A stretch of DNA of 32,756 bases from positions 1 through 32,756 of the IMG/VR virus record IMGVR_UViG_3300005931_000046. One strand, 5' to 3'. A model generated the notes under the pieces. It searched no databases. It saw only the letters and a program-made list of their open reading frames with translations, and was not told the DNA's origin. Numbering within the stretch: position 1 is the first letter of the stretch; every line of letters begins with the position of its first letter. The stretch is from a virus. Lineage: Duplodnaviria > Caudoviricetes. The translations under genes were made by a program, and so were the position numbers. Positions 29,130 to 32,756 of the stretch are shown piece after piece.

Positions 29130-31672
29130 TGGCTGAACAACAATTTGAAGATAGCTCGTATAGGTTCTCTGACCCTATTAGATTCTTTAAGGCTAACGAT
29201 CCTTACTACTTTGAGGTAGACAACATTCCTCTTAAGCAGCTACAGGAGAACTGCCAATGGCTTAAGGATCAGGTCAGAAAGACCGCTATAAAATTCACAG
29301 GAGTAAAGCGTGGGGACATTGATGAACTCAAGCCCTATGCTACAGGAGGAGATAGAAAGGTTAGAGTAAAGCCTGGTCGTTACTCTGCTCGTATCAATGA
29401 TGCAGCTACCAAAGATCCTCTTGGCTATCTTCAGAAGGTAATGGGCGAAGCTCTAGGTGATGTAGATGCTTGGGCTGCTGCCACCGCCAATACCGGAACC
29501 TTTCCTGCGGGAACCGTTCCCTCCTATAACACCCTACTGTCAGAGTCTCTAGATAGATTCAAAAGCTCTCTCTCTCAGGATGCTCTAGGTATGACGGGTC
29601 TTGTAGGCAGAGCCTTCACTTGGCCTATCGTTAATGTAGACACTCCAGTAGACTCGGATGGTGTTAACCTGGATAGTACTGTAGGCTACGTCAAGTATAG
29701 CTCTAGTAACAACCCAGGTAACGGAGTAAGTAATGTACCCGCAGTAATTTCTCAAGCTATTACTTGGGCTAAGAGTGTTGGTAATAGTGCTCAGAGCTAT
29801 GCTCTCCCTTCCTTTGAAACTACAAATCCTAACAATGGTTGGGCTAAGTTTCCTCTAACGGAGGCTTACTTCATTAACAAGTGGAGAGGCGTCTCTCGTC
29901 TAGCCATCGTTGATGTACCTGATGAGATTTCAATTGAGGTTCCTGCTTTCGATGCAGCAGACTTCAACTACATTGATGAGTTCGGAGACGAGCAGACTGT
30001 CGATGGCGTAGAGCAGCGCATTGATCTAGTCTTCATTTACTCCAAGCCTATTGACGCTTCCTCTACTACTATCCTCAAGCCCTCCGGTAAGGCTGTTATC
30101 ACTAGCCCACAACTGGGTATTGTACGAGGAGCAGGCATTAAAGTAAACCTCTCAGATAAGCAGGACTTCCAATACGGACACCAAACTGAGGTATCCGATG
30201 AGCACAAGATCCTAGCCTCCCCTGGAGACCAAGAGAATGCAGACATGGGCTTCCTTGCTACTTCAGCTAACGATATCGCTAACGATGTCAGAGGCAGTTT
30301 CCCATCCCCCGATGATATCCTCAACCTCGCTCCACTCATTTCAGAGAAGCTTGAGGATGAGGCTATTGAACTAGTCGGCCAGTCCATTCTACCTGTGGCC
30401 TACGTTTGGGTAAAGAGTACTGGTAGTGAACTAACAAGTGGTGCTATCCCTATCCTTAGCACAGACGTAGTTGATATTCGTCCCTTCTTTAGAACAGCGG
30501 AGCTAGCATACAACGAGAGGGCTGGTATCGGTGGTGCAATGCCACAGCTATCCCTAGCTAATCCTGCTGTCGGAAAGTCTCAGCTAGACTACGAAAGCAA
30601 GAGGCTATATGATTACTTCAACAACAAGATTAATGCGGTAGCAGATCAGACTGGTCCTGAGGACGAGATGACAACCTTGGCTGCTGGCTATGTCTTTGGT
30701 GGTTGGAACTTTGGGCCTGAGGGGACACTGTTCGACTACTACCAAACTCAGTTCGGCGCTGACGATGCTGACGTAAATAACCCTGATGGTATCCTAGGAG
30801 CCGATGTACAGGCTATTAGGCAGTACGTTCTAGGTAAGTATGGTATTGGAAGTAATGGAGCACAGGTTACCATTCCCTCCTACCCAGACTGGGACTTAGC
30901 TCAGTGGTGTATCCAGCAGGACGTTGGCGATAAGGGTCTCTACCCTAATGATTACATTAACACATTCTTCTCTGCTAAGAATGGCACAGGTCAAGATCCT
31001 TCTATCGTAGCAGGTAGCTACAGTCAGATGGTATTCGAAAACGGTACTACTGAAGGTGGTGGTTCCCCTGGAAGACTACAGAACTTCGACAACAACGAAC
31101 TTAACGCTGGGGCTAATGTCTCAAGAGTAAACTTCCACTACGTTGCCAAGCGCATTAAGTTTAATCGTCAGGCAGTACCGTGGCTAGGAGATTATAAGGT
31201 TGATGTCAACTTCGTTAACTGCCTACCTCAAGTTCAGAGTCAGCAACAAGCTGCTTCCTATCATGGTTGGTGGGTAGAAAAAGGTTTCGATGAGTTCACT
31301 ATCTATATTGCTTTCTCGGCTAACGACAACAACGCTGCTGGTAGTTCACAAACTCCTAGGTTCCCTGCTCCCCACTCCCTCTCCTTCACCACATCAGGAA
31401 AGAAGAAGAAGACAACCTCTGTCCTCAACGTATCAGACAGAGCGGGTGAAAGATTCAGTTCGTTTGTTGTCCCGGTATCTGATATCCTAAATGCTAACAC
31501 AGATCCAATCGGTGAAGGTGCTGGAGCAGGCTATGTTGGAAACCCACGAATAGGAAAGTGTACTTACCCCTCTATTATGTGGAGTATTACAGGTATTCCT
31601 GTTAACACCGCTACCTACTTCTACGGAAACCTTAATAGTACCAACCCCACTATTTCACTGAAGAGTAGCTAA
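29129..31672 (+). CDS. Virion appendage / baseplate-associated protein (847 aa)
   Basis: N-terminal DNIPLKQLQEN..WLK anchor-like motif shared with the preceding gene; RIDLVFIY, LPVAYV and DIRPFF segments seen in baseplate-attached phage proteins. Confidence 0.55.
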   Translation: MAEQQFEDSSYRFSDPIRFFKANDPYYFEVDNIPLKQLQENCQWLKDQVRKTAIKFTGVKRGDIDELKPYATGGDRKVRVKPGRYSARINDAATKDPLGYLQKVMGEALGDVDAWAAATANTGTFPAGTVPSYNTLLSESLDRFKSSLSQDALGMTGLVGRAFTWPIVNVDTPVDSDGVNLDSTVGYVKYSSSNNPGNGVSNVPAVISQAITWAKSVGNSAQSYALPSFETTNPNNGWAKFPLTEAYFINKWRGVSRLAIVDVPDEISIEVPAFDAADFNYIDEFGDEQTVDGVEQRIDLVFIYSKPIDASSTTILKPSGKAVITSPQLGIVRGAGIKVNLSDKQDFQYGHQTEVSDEHKILASPGDQENADMGFLATSANDIANDVRGSFPSPDDILNLAPLISEKLEDEAIELVGQSILPVAYVWVKSTGSELTSGAIPILSTDVVDIRPFFRTAELAYNERAGIGGAMPQLSLANPAVGKSQLDYESKRLYDYFNNKINAVADQTGPEDEMTTLAAGYVFGGWNFGPEGTLFDYYQTQFGADDADVNNPDGILGADVQAIRQYVLGKYGIGSNGAQVTIPSYPDWDLAQWCIQQDVGDKGLYPNDYINTFFSAKNGTGQDPSIVAGSYSQMVFENGTTEGGGSPGRLQNFDNNELNAGANVSRVNFHYVAKRIKFNRQAVPWLGDYKVDVNFVNCLPQVQSQQQAASYHGWWVEKGFDEFTIYIAFSANDNNAAGSSQTPRFPAPHSLSFTTSGKKKKTTSVLNVSDRAGERFSSFVVPVSDILNANTDPIGEGAGAGYVGNPRIGKCTYPSIMWSITGIPVNTATYFYGNLNSTNPTISLKSS

Positions 31673-32756
31673 TGCCTGATGGGATTACGTTTGATTGCGG
31701 AGACTTCTTACCAGGATTAGGGCCAAATAATTTCCCCGATTATGACCCTAATGGTGATGATGTATTAGTACCCGACGATGATGTCGATGTTCCTACTTGG
31801 ACTGCTAGGCCAGTAGACGATGGTGGTGGTCCCCCAATTCAACCTGGCCCTGATCCTGTACCCAAGCCTAGTGACCCTCCACCACCACCAGGCCCAGGAG
31901 TGCCTGGCCCACAAACAGGTATTCCCTCAGGGCCAGCACCTCCTCCCCCAGGTCCAGGACCAATCTCCCCAGGACCACAAGGCCCAGCAGTACCAGGCTC
32001 AACTGACAAGTGTATCTGTAGGGTCCAAAATCCTCCAACCGTAGAAGTAAACTCTTCAACAGGTGGGGATGCTAATGGACTGGGTAAGTACTATAAAGTA
32101 TGTTGGGAACAGAAGTGTGAGTCTTTCCCTGCTAATGAAGATGTACCTCCTGATACCTCAGTAGATGATTACGCTACCGCTGTAGGTTCTCAGGGAGCTA
32201 GGAACATTACGGTAGAAGGAACTCAGGGTGGGAATTGTAAAAAGAACGGAGCTTGCGGTGGTGATTGCCCCGAAATTTGTCTTAGATACTTTGTCCCTAG
32301 AGATATAGAAGACATTCCCCCAGGACCAATTGACACAGAACCTCCTGGTCCGGGACCGGATCAGCCCGGTGGACCCCAAACAGGTATCCCAGGAGGCCCT
32401 CTACCCCCACCACATGTTCCTCCCCCCGGAGTTGTACCTGGCCCACAAACAGGTATTCCCCCTGGCCCCGCTGGTGGAGGTGGTGGAGGACCGGGAGGTC
32501 AGCCTGGTCCACAAGGAGAGATTGACCCTGGAGTTCTAATCATCCCTGATCCTGGCCCCACTATCTCTCGCCCAGGCAATCAAGGCGGTATCGGTGGTGG
32601 ATTAGTACCTGATCCCCCTCCTGGTGGAGGTGGTATTAACCCTGGAGGAAATCAAGGCGGTATCGGTGGTGGATTAGTACCTGATCCACCCCCAGGAGGA
32701 GGAATTAGCCCTGGAGGAAATCAAGGCGGTATCGGTGGTGGATTAGTACCTGATCC
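31672..32756 (+). CDS. Pro/Gly-rich repetitive protein with an 8-Cys module, 3'-truncated (at least 361 aa); not in the ORF track
   Basis: ATG at 31672 overlaps the previous TAA (TAATG). The frame MPDGITFDCGDFLPGLGP...PPPPGPGVPGPQTGIP... stays open to the window end. Confidence 0.88.
   Translation, partial: MPDGITFDCGDFLPGLGPNNFPDYDPNGDDVLVPDDDVDVPTWTARPVDDGGGPPIQPGPDPVPKPSDPPPPPGPGVPGPQTGIPSGPAPPPPGPGPISPGPQGPAVPGSTDKCICRVQNPPTVEVNSSTGGDANGLGKYYKVCWEQKCESFPANEDVPPDTSVDDYATAVGSQGARNITVEGTQGGNCKKNGACGGDCPEICLRYFVPRDIEDIPPGPIDTEPPGPGPDQPGGPQTGIPGGPLPPPHVPPPGVVPGPQTGIPPGPAGGGGGGPGGQPGPQGEIDPGVLIIPDPGPTISRPGNQGGIGGGLVPDPPPGGGGINPGGNQGGIGGGLVPDPPPGGGISPGGNQGGIGGGLVPD
31903..32460 (+). repeat. Dispersed coding repeat GPQTGIP (3 copies)
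   Basis: CCTGGCCCACAAACAGGTATTCCC is identical at 31903-31926 and 32437-32460; a synonymous variant occurs near 32371. Confidence 0.85.
32578..32756 (+). repeat. In-frame tandem repeat, 69-72-bp unit with an identical 38-bp core (NQGGIGGGLVPDP)
   Basis: AATCAAGGCGGTATCGGTGGTGGATTAGTACCTGATCC at 32578, 32650 and 32719. Confidence 0.95.

Noticed and set aside
31395-31415. GKKKKT basic patch as a nuclear localisation signal
   Set aside because: An isolated four-Lys run in a phage structural protein with no other eukaryotic-virus evidence.
369-32539. Numerous short antisense or alternate-frame ORFs in the track (e.g. 9234-9815, 13835-14248, 14631-15059, 31820-32044, 32330-32539)
   Set aside because: They lie wholly within longer genes with recognisable motifs and have no motifs of their own; they are shadow ORFs.
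32578-32756. CRISPR-like geometry: identical 38-bp repeats separated by 34 and 31 bp, in a window with a Cas4-like gene
   Set aside because: The 'spacers' resemble each other (both end CCCTGGAGGA), unit lengths are multiples of 3, and the array lies in-frame in a Pro/Gly ORF. It is a coding tandem repeat.
1-32756. Stop-codon reassignment (TAG or TGA recoding)
   Set aside because: Genes are full length and abut one another in the standard code. TAG and TGA both serve as real stops (e.g. 4639, 5743, 13626).
31672-32756. True collagen triple-helix protein
   Set aside because: Gly-X-Y runs are only a few triplets long and are interrupted by poly-Pro and poly-Gly.

Overview
This window is almost entirely coding (standard genetic code) and comes from a large contractile-tailed dsDNA phage (myovirus) with T4-like gene content. 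Left part: the C-terminal end of a fibre protein (14-aa Trp-periodic repeats plus a C1q/TNF-like tip), a minus-strand UvsW-like helicase / 2OG-Fe(II) oxygenase / small-ORF operon, a gp26-like tail/hub chaperone, and a strand-alternating block with a DnaG-type primase and a Cas4/AddB-like Fe-S nuclease. From 7859 to the end is one ~25-kb translationally coupled tail/baseplate operon: gp2-like, tape measure, tube initiator, gp53/LysM, hub, spike, LamG protein, gp25, gp6, a giant gp7-like protein, two paralogous adaptors, a beta-helix spike, a second appendage protein and a Pro/Gly-rich protein. Signals missing from the ORF track: (1) a probable -1 programmed frameshift (T TTT TTC plus a downstream hairpin) extending the chaperone into an ATG-less 54-codon frame; (2) primase and nuclease genes overlapping head-to-head on one palindrome (TATGTACATA); (3) an unlisted Pro/Gly-rich repeat protein with an 8-Cys module at the right edge. 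All functional calls come from motif recognition and synteny; no database searches were run, and the host cannot be determined.
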